NCBI GenBank assembly: GCA_035429885.1
Contig: DAOMFR010000022.1
Coordinates: 1-62,887, forward strand
Length of the DNA stretch: 62,887 nt
Direction of reading: 5' to 3'
Source of the DNA: Blastocatellia bacterium
GTDB lineage: Bacteria > Acidobacteriota > Blastocatellia > RBC074
Shown here one piece after another: positions 39,195 to 47,496 of this stretch. The notes below the pieces were generated by a model, which made no database searches, was not told the origin of the DNA, and worked only from the letters and a program-made list of their open reading frames with translations. Made by a program: the position numbers and the translations under genes. Each line of letters opens with the position of its first letter. Positions within the stretch are counted from its first letter, which is position 1.

Positions 39195-39962
39195 TTACCG
39201 GAACAGGTCTCGTTCTTTGGGGCGGATCAATTCTTTCGCACTGCCTTCATTGTGGTCGAAGTAGTACCCGCGAACCACTACCACCGGAATGCGAGCCGTT
39301 TTCCGCATCAACAAACCGGTCGAAGCCGCCACCTCATCCGCCACGGCCAACACGGTTGCCGACAAATCTTTGCCGTGATCGTCCTGCTGGCCGCGAAAAT
39401 CTTTCAGCGGCTTCATCCCGGAAACTCCAATGGCGACATTGGTCAGGCCTTCACGCCAGGGGCGTCCAAAAGTGTCTGTAATAATCACGGCGACATCAAC
39501 TTTTAGCCGTTCAGCCAGCCGGGTTTTCAACATCAACGCTGAATCATCCGGCGCAATGGGTAACAAAGCCACCCAATCTTTTCCAGCGACGTTTGACCGA
39601 TCCACGCCAGCGTTTGCACAAATAAAGCCATGTTTGGTTTCTGTCACCAGCACATGAGCATCCATGCGCACGATGTTAGCCGATTCGCTTAAGATTACTT
39701 CGACCAGACGCGGGTCGCGATTTTGCTTGGAGGCAATTTCTAGCGCCAGCGCAGATGGCGTGACGGCTTCCAGGTTAACCAGTCGGCCTTCAGCTTTGGA
39801 AATAATCTTCTGCGCGACAACAACTATGTCGCCATCGGCCAGTTTGAAATCCTGGATTTCCAGCGACCGTGCAATCAACCAGGCCAGCTCATCGCCCGGT
39901 CGAACTTCTGGGATTCCGCGAACGGCGGTCAGTTGAATGTCTGAATACGAATTGGAGTTCAA
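39195..39962 (-). CDS. cofE: Coenzyme F420-0:L-glutamate ligase
   Basis: [40 protein letters not shown], and C-terminal RPKERDLFR. The start codon is TTG. Confidence 0.83.
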   Translation of the reverse strand: MNSNSYSDIQLTAVRGIPEVRPGDELAWLIARSLEIQDFKLADGDIVVVAQKIISKAEGRLVNLEAVTPSALALEIASKQNRDPRLVEVILSESANIVRMDAHVLVTETKHGFICANAGVDRSNVAGKDWVALLPIAPDDSALMLKTRLAERLKVDVAVIITDTFGRPWREGLTNVAIGVSGMKPLKDFRGQQDDHGKDLSATVLAVADEVAASTGLLMRKTARIPVVVVRGYYFDHNEGSAKELIRPKERDLFR

Positions 39963-40081
39963 GGGTGTCGGTTTTCTCCTGCAATAAGTAACGAAGTGGG
40001 GCGTATGCTAATGGCTGGCTCGACGCCTGACAAGCAGCACGGTTCGCCGCAACTGCGGAAGAACGCTGACCGGAGAAATTT

Positions 40082-40516
40082 TTACTTCATCAATTTTCCC
40101 AACAGAGAAAGCACAATTAGGGAACGCGCAGTCCAGGCGGCAGTGCGAATCCAGTTGGTCATGACCAATGTTCGATGCGCGGCAAGGTCAAATCCCAACG
40201 ACAATTTGCTGTGTTGTGGAACGGACAGGAAAAACGTCGTCGCCCAAACCAGCGCGACCAGCGCCAGTCCGGTGACCAACCAGGAAAAAGAAAGATGAGG
40301 CGGACGTTGCCACACCAGCAGCATCGCTGTTGCCAGCTCCGTCAACATTAGCGGCACGACGACAATCCCGGTCAGGTTCGAGTGCGCGATTTCATAGCGC
40401 GCAAATTCCGCCAGACCAACGCGGCTGAATAACGGGTAATGCACGATCTGCACAAACCAGATGACGCCTGTCATCATCAAGGTTGAAGCCACATTCAGCA
40501 GAAAGACAAGTTTCAT
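40082..40516 (-). CDS. Integral membrane protein (DUF1772-like)
   Basis: 144 aa with four hydrophobic segments. The family call is tentative. Confidence 0.55.
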   Translation of the reverse strand: MKLVFLLNVASTLMMTGVIWFVQIVHYPLFSRVGLAEFARYEIAHSNLTGIVVVPLMLTELATAMLLVWQRPPHLSFSWLVTGLALVALVWATTFFLSVPQHSKLSLGFDLAAHRTLVMTNWIRTAAWTARSLIVLSLLGKLMK

Positions 40517-40668
40517 GATTTAACGGTGGAACCGCGCTGTTTGCGGCAAGCGTCGCTGCAATATTTGACCTCGTCCCAGACCTTTTCCCATTTCTTGCGC
40601 CAGGCGAACGGACGGTTACAAACAGCGCAAAGTTTGGTCGGCAGATTTTGTTTTTTGGGTTTGCCCAT
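40513..40668 (-). CDS. DUF2256-like small zinc-ribbon protein (51 aa), absent from the ORF track
   Basis: Hand translation gives MGKPKKQNLPTKLCAVCNRPFAWRKKWEKVWDEVKYCSDACRKQRGSTVKS. Its TGA overlaps the ATG of the next gene (ATGA at 40513-40516). Confidence 0.7.
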   Translation of the reverse strand: MGKPKKQNLPTKLCAVCNRPFAWRKKWEKVWDEVKYCSDACRKQRGSTVKS

Positions 40669-40687
40669 CCGTTCGGCTTTTTCAAAA

Positions 40688-41629
40688 CTATTTCGGTTGA
40701 GTGGTGGGAGTGGCGGGCGCAGGAGCGCTGGTTGCCCACGCTGTCCACCACAAATCGCGCAGCATTTGCGCTCCGACGGCCAGGCGTTCGCTGACGAACT
40801 TTTTGTGTTCGGGCGAATTGTTCGTCGCGCTGAATTGTTCTTTCTTGTCCAGAATGTAGAGCGGTTCGACCAGTTTGTTTGACGCCTTCAGGTACTCCCA
40901 CAACTCTTCACGAGGTTTTTCGATGACTAGGGGCGTGGCGTTGATCAGCGGCAAAATGTCATTCAGGCTGATCTTGGCACTGACAAATTCTTCTTCGAAG
41001 CGGAAGTGGATGCCGCGTTCGCGCGAAAAAACTGTGTATCCGTTCGGGTTTGCGCCTGTCCACCCGTTGTAATGAACCGTCGTGTGATGCGGGTTGGCGC
41101 TGTCGCTGACGTAATGTCCCAAAATGCCCGCGTCATTGATGATGCGCTGTTCGATCCATTTGCGTTTGTTGGCATCTTTTTCGGCGCGCCACAGGCGAAA
41201 TTCCACACGCAAGGTTTGAAACAATTCCAGCATGCGATACGGCACGAACCCCGGAGTCGTTGGCTTTTGTCCTGCCTTGATTAACTCCGCCGTAAATTCA
41301 TATCGGTTAACGGCTTTCATCGCCGCTTCGGGCACCAGTTCCATATCCAGAAAGTGATCCGGCGCGTAGGCGGAATCCATCGCGCGATCCAGATTGGATT
41401 CGTCGCGGCTGCGCCATCGGTCGGGTTCCGGATTCAAATAGCTGAGCTGGTTCGCAGCCTTGCGGAAAAAGCTAGGCATGTCCTTCGGAAGTTTTTGGGC
41501 GGCAGCCAATCCGGAAAGTTCGTGGCCTTTTTGTCCCCAACCGCGAACCGCTAGCGGATGGATGATGAAAACGGCGAAGGCCAACAAGAATACAAATAAC
41601 AATGCGCGAGTGAGTTTTGATTTGAACAT
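40688..41629 (-). CDS. S1/P1 nuclease-like / zinc phospholipase C superfamily protein, exported
   Basis: A signal anchor is followed by WGQKGHELSG, PDHFLD and GHYVSDSANPHH, which resemble the metal-ligand motifs of the family. Confidence 0.55.
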   Translation of the reverse strand: MFKSKLTRALLFVFLLAFAVFIIHPLAVRGWGQKGHELSGLAAAQKLPKDMPSFFRKAANQLSYLNPEPDRWRSRDESNLDRAMDSAYAPDHFLDMELVPEAAMKAVNRYEFTAELIKAGQKPTTPGFVPYRMLELFQTLRVEFRLWRAEKDANKRKWIEQRIINDAGILGHYVSDSANPHHTTVHYNGWTGANPNGYTVFSRERGIHFRFEEEFVSAKISLNDILPLINATPLVIEKPREELWEYLKASNKLVEPLYILDKKEQFSATNNSPEHKKFVSERLAVGAQMLRDLWWTAWATSAPAPATPTTQPK

Positions 41630-41633
41630 AGCT

Positions 41634-43181
41634 TTATCTCTGTGGAGTCAGGTCAATGCTGTACAGCTTTTTGCCTGTGATGTCGTGCAATCCGACGGTC
41701 ATTACGGATGATTTGCCGTCAATTTTGACTGCGCCAAAAAATTGAAAGCCGTCTTTGGGAGAACGATTGCCTTTCATGCCTTTGGGAATTCCGGTGAATT
41801 TCACTTCCGGGCCGAACGTGTCGTCCATCTGGCCAGGGCCGAACGTTCCGGCATTCAGCGGTCCGGCAACAAATTCCCAAAACGGGTTGAAATCCGTGAA
41901 CTGCGCCTTTGCCGGGTTGTAATAATGCGCGGCGCAATAATGCACATCGGCGGTCACCCAAATGACATTTTTGATTCGGTTGCGTTTGATGAAACTCAGC
42001 AATCCGGCCAGTTCCAGTTCACGACCAAGCGCCGGGCCATTGCCATTGGCAAATGCTTCGTACTTGCCGCCGGTGTCTCCGACGATGATGCCGATGGGCA
42101 TGTCGCTGGCGATGACTTTCCAGGTCGCTTTTGAGGAAAGCAGCCGCTGTTTGATCCAATTGACCTGCGCGTTCCCCAAAAACACCGATTCGTCATTGAT
42201 GGTAGTTTGGCGATTGGCAGTGTTCGGTCCGCGATAGCTGCGTTCATCCAGCATCAGCACATCCAGCAACGGGCCGTAATTGAATCCGCGATAAATCTGT
42301 TCGGGATCATTGCCGTTGAACCGCAGCGGCAGGTAATCCAGAAACGCTCGTTTGGCGCGCGCCGCCAACAGGTCAATGCTTTTCACCTTGTATTTTGGAT
42401 CGTCCAGAATCTGCCCTGGATACCAATTGTTGCGGACTTCATGGTCATCCCATTGCGCCAGCGTCGGAACTTCGGCATTGAACCGTCGGAAGTTCGCATC
42501 CAGCAGGTTGTAGCGGTAATTGCCGCGAAATTCGTCCAGCGTTTCAGCGACTTTGGATTTTTCCGGCGTTGTCAGGTTTTTCCAGATGGAACCGTCATCC
42601 AGTTTTACTTCGGACTGAATGATTCCGTCGGCGTAAATCGTGTCACCGGAATGAATGAAAAAATCCGGCTGCGTTTTGCGCATTTCCTCATAGATTAGCA
42701 TTCCGCCCAATCCAGGGCCTCCAAAATCCGGGTTGATGCCCCAACCTTGTCCGCAAACATCGCCGCCAAATACGAAACCGACATCTCGCTGCGCAACCGG
42801 CGGAGTGTTGAAACTGCCCGTGACGGGTTCACTGGTCACTTTTGAGTTTTCCAGATCCTGAAAACTGACGCGGTAGAAAATCTTTTGCCCGGCGGGCAAA
42901 CTGCTCAAATCAACTCGCGCGGTGAAATCGGAAGATTCAAGCGCCGCCGGGCCGATAATACGCTGCGCATTTTGGAACGATTCGGTGGTTGCGTATTCGA
43001 CAATCATGCGCGCCGACCGATCGCTGCGGCTCCAGACGATGGCTCGACCTGGCGTGATGTCGCCGGTTTGAACGCCGAAGGGAATTTGCGGGCGACTTTG
43101 GGCGGAAACCAGAATTGCCGGAGCGCCGAGCAGCAAACCGCTTCCGGCGGCGGCGCGAGAGAGAAAAGTTCGTCGGTTCAT
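41634..43181 (-). CDS. phoD: PhoD-family alkaline phosphatase/phosphodiesterase, Tat-exported
   Basis: MNRRTFLSRAAAGSGLLLGAPA, HSGDTIYADG and WDDHEVRNNW. The preferred ATG at 43181 avoids a 62-nt overlap with coaE. Confidence 0.85.
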   Translation of the reverse strand: MNRRTFLSRAAAGSGLLLGAPAILVSAQSRPQIPFGVQTGDITPGRAIVWSRSDRSARMIVEYATTESFQNAQRIIGPAALESSDFTARVDLSSLPAGQKIFYRVSFQDLENSKVTSEPVTGSFNTPPVAQRDVGFVFGGDVCGQGWGINPDFGGPGLGGMLIYEEMRKTQPDFFIHSGDTIYADGIIQSEVKLDDGSIWKNLTTPEKSKVAETLDEFRGNYRYNLLDANFRRFNAEVPTLAQWDDHEVRNNWYPGQILDDPKYKVKSIDLLAARAKRAFLDYLPLRFNGNDPEQIYRGFNYGPLLDVLMLDERSYRGPNTANRQTTINDESVFLGNAQVNWIKQRLLSSKATWKVIASDMPIGIIVGDTGGKYEAFANGNGPALGRELELAGLLSFIKRNRIKNVIWVTADVHYCAAHYYNPAKAQFTDFNPFWEFVAGPLNAGTFGPGQMDDTFGPEVKFTGIPKGMKGNRSPKDGFQFFGAVKIDGKSSVMTVGLHDITGKKLYSIDLTPQR

Positions 43182-43188
43182 AGCAGGT

Positions 43189-43794
43189 TCAGGATTGGAG
43201 TTTGCGGAATTGTTCGTAAAGCGATTCGATTTGTCGCCGCGTGTCTTCATAGCCTTGCGATGTGTTAATGGCGTAATCTGCGAATTTCAGTTTTTCAGCG
43301 GAAGGCATTTGCGCTGAAATTCGCGCCATCGCTTCTTCCTGCGTCAGATTGTTGCGTGCCATCAATCGTTGAAGCTGTATTTCCGGCTCGCAATGCACAA
43401 CAACGACTTTGTCGAATCGGCGATACGAACCAGTTTCGATCATCAGCGCGGCGTCAATGATGACAATTGCCTGCGGATTGCGGCGTTCGACTTCTGCCAT
43501 CCAGCGCGCCTGAGCTTCAAACACTTTTGGATGAATGATGGAATTCAGTTTTTCACGCTGATCGGCATCGTTGAACACGATCGCGCCAAGTTTCACGCGA
43601 TTGAGCTTTCCGTTTTCACCGACGATTTCGTGCCCAAAGTGAGCCACGATTTCTTCAAAAGCGGGCTGACCTGGTTCGACAACTTCGCGAGCAGTCTGGT
43701 CAGCGTCCATCACTTCGCAATCCATCTCTCGCAACACACCGAGGACGAATGATTTGCCTGTCGCAATTCCGCCTGTCAGCCCGATTTTCAGCAT
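43189..43794 (-). CDS. coaE: Dephospho-CoA kinase
   Basis: MLKIGLTGGIATGKS P-loop, 201 aa. The start codon abuts the folD stop codon. Confidence 0.92.
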   Translation of the reverse strand: MLKIGLTGGIATGKSFVLGVLREMDCEVMDADQTAREVVEPGQPAFEEIVAHFGHEIVGENGKLNRVKLGAIVFNDADQREKLNSIIHPKVFEAQARWMAEVERRNPQAIVIIDAALMIETGSYRRFDKVVVVHCEPEIQLQRLMARNNLTQEEAMARISAQMPSAEKLKFADYAINTSQGYEDTRRQIESLYEQFRKLQS

Positions 43795-44721
43795 TTAGAG
43801 ACCTCGCCGCATTTCAGCCGCGCGAAGCGTGTTTTGCATCAGCATGGCAATGGTCAGCGGGCCGACTCCACCTGGAACGGGCGTCAACCACGCGGCCTTT
43901 TCGGCGACGGTTCGTGGTTCGACGTCGCCGACCAAAGTGCGACCGCGCTTGGCCAGCGTTTCCAGTCGTTTCGACCGTTCGGGTTCGGCGAAGATGCGAC
44001 TGACCTCTTCCTCAGTAGTTGCGTCGTTTGTGCCAACATCAATCACGACAGCACCTTCGCGGACATGTTCGCCTGTGATCATAGCCGTGCGACCAATGGC
44101 CGCAATCAGAATGTCCGCCTGACGCGTGATTGCAGCCAGGTCGCGGGTTTTGGAATGACAGATCGTCACTGTCGCGTGGCGATGCAATAGCAACAGCGCC
44201 ATCGGCTTACCGACAATATCGCTGCGGCCTACAACAACGGCGTTAGCTCCGGCAATCGGGAGCTTGTAGTAATCCAGCAATTCGATGACTCCTGCCGGTG
44301 TACAGGCGACCAGCGCGTCTCGCCCTTGAACCAATCGCCCAACGTTGCTGGCGTGAAATCCGTCCACGTCTTTGGCAGGATCAATGGCTTCCATAATACG
44401 GCGTGAATCAATTTGAGCAGGCAGCGGCGTTTGAACCAGAATTCCATCAATGGCATCGTCCCGGTTAAGACGATCAACCAACTCTAACAACTCATCAGTC
44501 GTTGTTTCTGTTGGCAATTCGTGTTTTTCGGAATGAAGTCCCAACGCCTGACAGGTTTTTACCTTGTTACGGACATAAACTTGCGAAGCCGGGTCGTCTC
44601 CGACTAACACAACTGCCAACCCTGGTTTGATTCCCTGTTCTGCCAGTTTGCTGACGCGAACCGCGACACGTTGTTTGATATGCTCGGCGACTTCAGCGCC
44701 GTTTAATACTTGGGCAGCCAT
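43795..44721 (-). CDS. folD: Bifunctional methylenetetrahydrofolate dehydrogenase/cyclohydrolase
   Basis: [17 protein letters not shown] and [11 protein letters not shown] motifs. 308 aa. Confidence 0.95.
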   Translation of the reverse strand: MAAQVLNGAEVAEHIKQRVAVRVSKLAEQGIKPGLAVVLVGDDPASQVYVRNKVKTCQALGLHSEKHELPTETTTDELLELVDRLNRDDAIDGILVQTPLPAQIDSRRIMEAIDPAKDVDGFHASNVGRLVQGRDALVACTPAGVIELLDYYKLPIAGANAVVVGRSDIVGKPMALLLLHRHATVTICHSKTRDLAAITRQADILIAAIGRTAMITGEHVREGAVVIDVGTNDATTEEEVSRIFAEPERSKRLETLAKRGRTLVGDVEPRTVAEKAAWLTPVPGGVGPLTIAMLMQNTLRAAEMRRGL

Positions 44722-44827
44722 CGTTTTTGAGTTTTCCTCCGAAAAAAGTATGAAAGGATGATTGGGAACCCGATTTTAGCACATCTGCTCTTTGCTTCTC
44801 GGTGTATACCGCTTTTGAAAGCTGAAT

Positions 44828-44853
44828 CCAGGAAGAAATTTCCTGGCCTTTTT
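44828..44853 (+). other. Terminator-like hairpin on the plus strand inside the folD upstream region
   Basis: CCAGGAA / TTCCTGG form a 7-bp stem with a 5-nt loop, followed by CCTTTTT. No plus-strand gene precedes it. Confidence 0.3.
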
Positions 44854-45474
44854 GAATCTGACAATGAGAAAAGACGAACGAGTTAGCAAAAAATTGACTC
44901 TTTGACAAAATTCGCTTCGTGGGCAAAAAGTGCTGTGATATATTCCGGCGCGTCTGACAGCCGCCCCGCGATCAGACATCCCCAGAAACGCTTTCAACAT
45001 GCATTGATAAAGCCCTATTGATATCGTCTCCCCAAGCAGAACGGCTGAGGTTTTGGCCTGGATGCTGATGAAATCAGAAAAACGTCGAAACATCCTCTGC
45101 CCGACCCATTGTTCGACGCACTGATTCCAATCGCCCCTCTGGTTTTCTTCTGTTGTTTCATCTCTCGTTATTTCCAATAGCTGTTTTCAGTTTTTTTATT
45201 TTTGTTCTTTGTATAACTAAAAGCTTTTATTCCTAGCTTAAACATTACCGGTCAGTGGAGGGAGTTATTCGACGAAACTTGCCGGAACAATCTGGACATT
45301 TGGCGGTTCGTTCCCAGCACTGGTTGGCTGTGGCCGACTTGTATTGCAAGGCAAATAGTTTTTACCCGTTCAATTTTTCGGGCAACGGCAAAAACACAGC
45401 AGAACAATTACTCCTGCGGCGGAACGAATATGACGAGAAACAACAAACAATAAATAGCAAACAGGAGAGCCAAA

Positions 45475-45762
45475 ATGAGCGCAGCGATTCAACTTGTTAA
45501 TCAACCCATGATCGAGGCCGAAGTTTACGAACATCGGCTTGAAAAACCATTTACCAACAACGTTTCGATTTTTGAACTTGCACCGGAACAGCGTTTACGA
45601 CGCGCGATGAGCCAGATCGCCGAGCTTCAGGCTGAGGTTAGGGCTCTGCGTGAAGAATTGGCTCGCTCTGAGCGGACTTTTACCCATCAGGAGCAGTTGC
45701 TCAGAAACGCCATGGTGCGTGAGCAAGAATTGCGCTCCCAGCTTGGAAAAGAGTTGTTCTGA
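45475..45762 (+). CDS. Small coiled-coil protein of unknown function (95 aa)
   Basis: AGGAG lies 7 nt upstream of the ATG. The protein has a heptad-like stretch AELQAEVRALREELARSERTF. Confidence 0.5.
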   Translation: MSAAIQLVNQPMIEAEVYEHRLEKPFTNNVSIFELAPEQRLRRAMSQIAELQAEVRALREELARSERTFTHQEQLLRNAMVREQELRSQLGKELF

Positions 45763-45778
45763 GTTTGAGAGGTTGCGT

Positions 45779-45802
45779 AGTGGTCGGGTAGCCCGCACCA
45801 CT
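45779..45802 (+). terminator. Weak stem-loop after the coiled-coil gene
   Basis: AGTGGT-CGGG / CCCG-C-ACCACT. There is no T-run, so confidence is low. Confidence 0.25.
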
Positions 45803-46089
45803 CCCCCTGTTTGCCCCCTCCGACCGTCGCCCAACCTGAAAGGTTGCTGCCACGGAGCCACCGATGACCAAAGGCGTCATGTCTCGTTGCCCCAAACATC
45901 ACGCCTTGAAGTACCCAACCATCTTCTGACCCCTGCCAATTCATCAGTAACTTTACAATGTTGCCGAATGCAGCATTTTTACTTGCGATTCTGTCTTCGT
46001 TGTCCCTAAATGATGGTGACAGGATAAAAGAGCGCCAAGTCATAAGCCTTTGTGCAGGCCTTGAATAGCAAGTTCGACTACACTCACAC

Positions 46090-46287
46090 ATGGATTCAAA
46101 AATGATTACGAGCGTAAAAAACTTTCTCAAAGATGAAAGCGGCCAGGACGTGGTCGAATATTCATTATTGGTTGTATTGATCGGGACGGTGGTTTTGATT
46201 TACCTGACAGGCTTGGGGTTGAACTTAACTACTCTATTGCAGAACATCGGCGCCAAACTGGAATTGGTTTCAAAAACGACAGACTAG
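46090..46287 (+). CDS. flp: Flp-family type IVb pilin
   Basis: FLKDESGQDVVEYSLLVVLIGTVVLIYL matches the Flp G-x4-EY processing motif followed by a hydrophobic helix. Length is 61-65 aa. Confidence 0.7.
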   Translation: MDSKMITSVKNFLKDESGQDVVEYSLLVVLIGTVVLIYLTGLGLNLTTLLQNIGAKLELVSKTTD

Positions 46288-46439
46288 CATTTGGCATCCC
46301 TTTTTCCCGTGCCGTTCTTCCATCCTCTCTCACTCAAATCCGACCTCAGCAAATCTTGGCGTTGAAAGTTTCCAGGTTCGCTATTAAAGTTGCGCTGCTT
46401 TAATCATCATTCAAACTAAGCTCTACAAAACAATTTTTT

Positions 46440-47453
46440 ATGTCACATAAAGTCACACTCATCCCCGGAGACGGTATTGGTTCGGAAATTACAGGTGCGG
46501 TCGTTCGCATCATCGAAGCTGCAGGCGTTGACATCGAATGGGAAAGTTACATCGCTGGCGCTGAGGCGCTGTCTCGGTTCGGCGATCCGTTGCCCACAGA
46601 CGTGTTGGAATCCATCAAGCGCAACAAAGTCGCATTGAAAGGTCCGCTGACAACACCGATCGGAACCGGGTTTGCCAGCGTCAATGTGCGATTGCGAAAA
46701 ACCTTAGACCTTTATGCCAACCTGCGCCCGGTCATAAATCTGCCTGGGTTGATCACGCCATTTGCTAATGTTGATCTGGTTGTCGTGCGCGAAAACACCG
46801 AAGATCTTTATTCCGGCCTTGAACATATTGTCGTGCCTGGCGTGGTTGAAAGCTTGAAGATCATTACCGAAAAAGCTTCAACGCGGATTGCCCGGTTCGC
46901 ATTTGAATACGCTCGCCGCGAAGGCCGTAAAAAAGTCACGGCTATTCATAAAGCCAACATCATGAAACTTTCCGACGGACTGTTTTTGGATTGTTTCCGC
47001 AAAGTTGCCACTGAGTACCCAGACATTCAGGCGGACGATAAAATTGTAGACAACGCCTGCATGCAGCTTGTCATGAAACCGCAGCAGTTTGACATTTTGT
47101 TGCTGGAAAACTTGTACGGCGACATCATTTCAGACTTGGCCGCCGGATTGGTCGGTGGACTTGGTGTCGTGCCGGGAGCAAACATCGGCGAACTTGGCTC
47201 CGTCTTTGAAGCCGTTCATGGCAGCGCGCCGGACATCGCTGGAAAGAATCTGGCAAACCCGACAGCCATGTTGCAATCGGCAGTGATGATGCTTCGCCAT
47301 CTGGGCGAACGCTCAGCCGCCGACTTGATTGCGAAAGCGATCATTTACACACTGGATGAAAAGAAGATCCGGACTCGCGACCTTGGCGGCACGGCTCACA
47401 CCACCGAATACACAGAAGCAATTGTCCATTCGATGGAAGAGCTGTCAGCCTGA
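46440..47453 (+). CDS. NAD-dependent isocitrate dehydrogenase (IDH3-like, beta-decarboxylating dehydrogenase family)
   Basis: VTLIPGDGIGSEI, LRKTLDLYANLRP, VRENTEDLYSG, and NLYGDIISDLAAGLVGGLG. 337 aa. Confidence 0.82.
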   Translation: MSHKVTLIPGDGIGSEITGAVVRIIEAAGVDIEWESYIAGAEALSRFGDPLPTDVLESIKRNKVALKGPLTTPIGTGFASVNVRLRKTLDLYANLRPVINLPGLITPFANVDLVVVRENTEDLYSGLEHIVVPGVVESLKIITEKASTRIARFAFEYARREGRKKVTAIHKANIMKLSDGLFLDCFRKVATEYPDIQADDKIVDNACMQLVMKPQQFDILLLENLYGDIISDLAAGLVGGLGVVPGANIGELGSVFEAVHGSAPDIAGKNLANPTAMLQSAVMMLRHLGERSAADLIAKAIIYTLDEKKIRTRDLGGTAHTTEYTEAIVHSMEELSA

Positions 47454-47496
47454 AGTTTGCTAATGAAACAAGTGTGACGGATCCGCAATTCGACAA

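Noticed and set aside
44722-44960. Possible ZTP (pfl) riboswitch upstream of folD.
   Set aside because: folD is a classic ZTP-regulated gene, so I read the minus-strand leader for the conserved CCGCCTGGG-type 3' element and the GGGTCG-type 5' element. Neither is present.
45331-45348. Sigma-54-like TGGCCG-N-TTGCA string upstream of the coiled-coil and flp genes.
   Set aside because: The spacing between the GG and GC elements is two nucleotides too long relative to the TGGCAC-N5-TTGC consensus.
45255-45500. 81-aa GTG-initiated ORF in the AT-rich spacer.
   Set aside because: It has no SD and low-complexity composition, and it overlaps the SD-supported start of the 95-aa coiled-coil gene.
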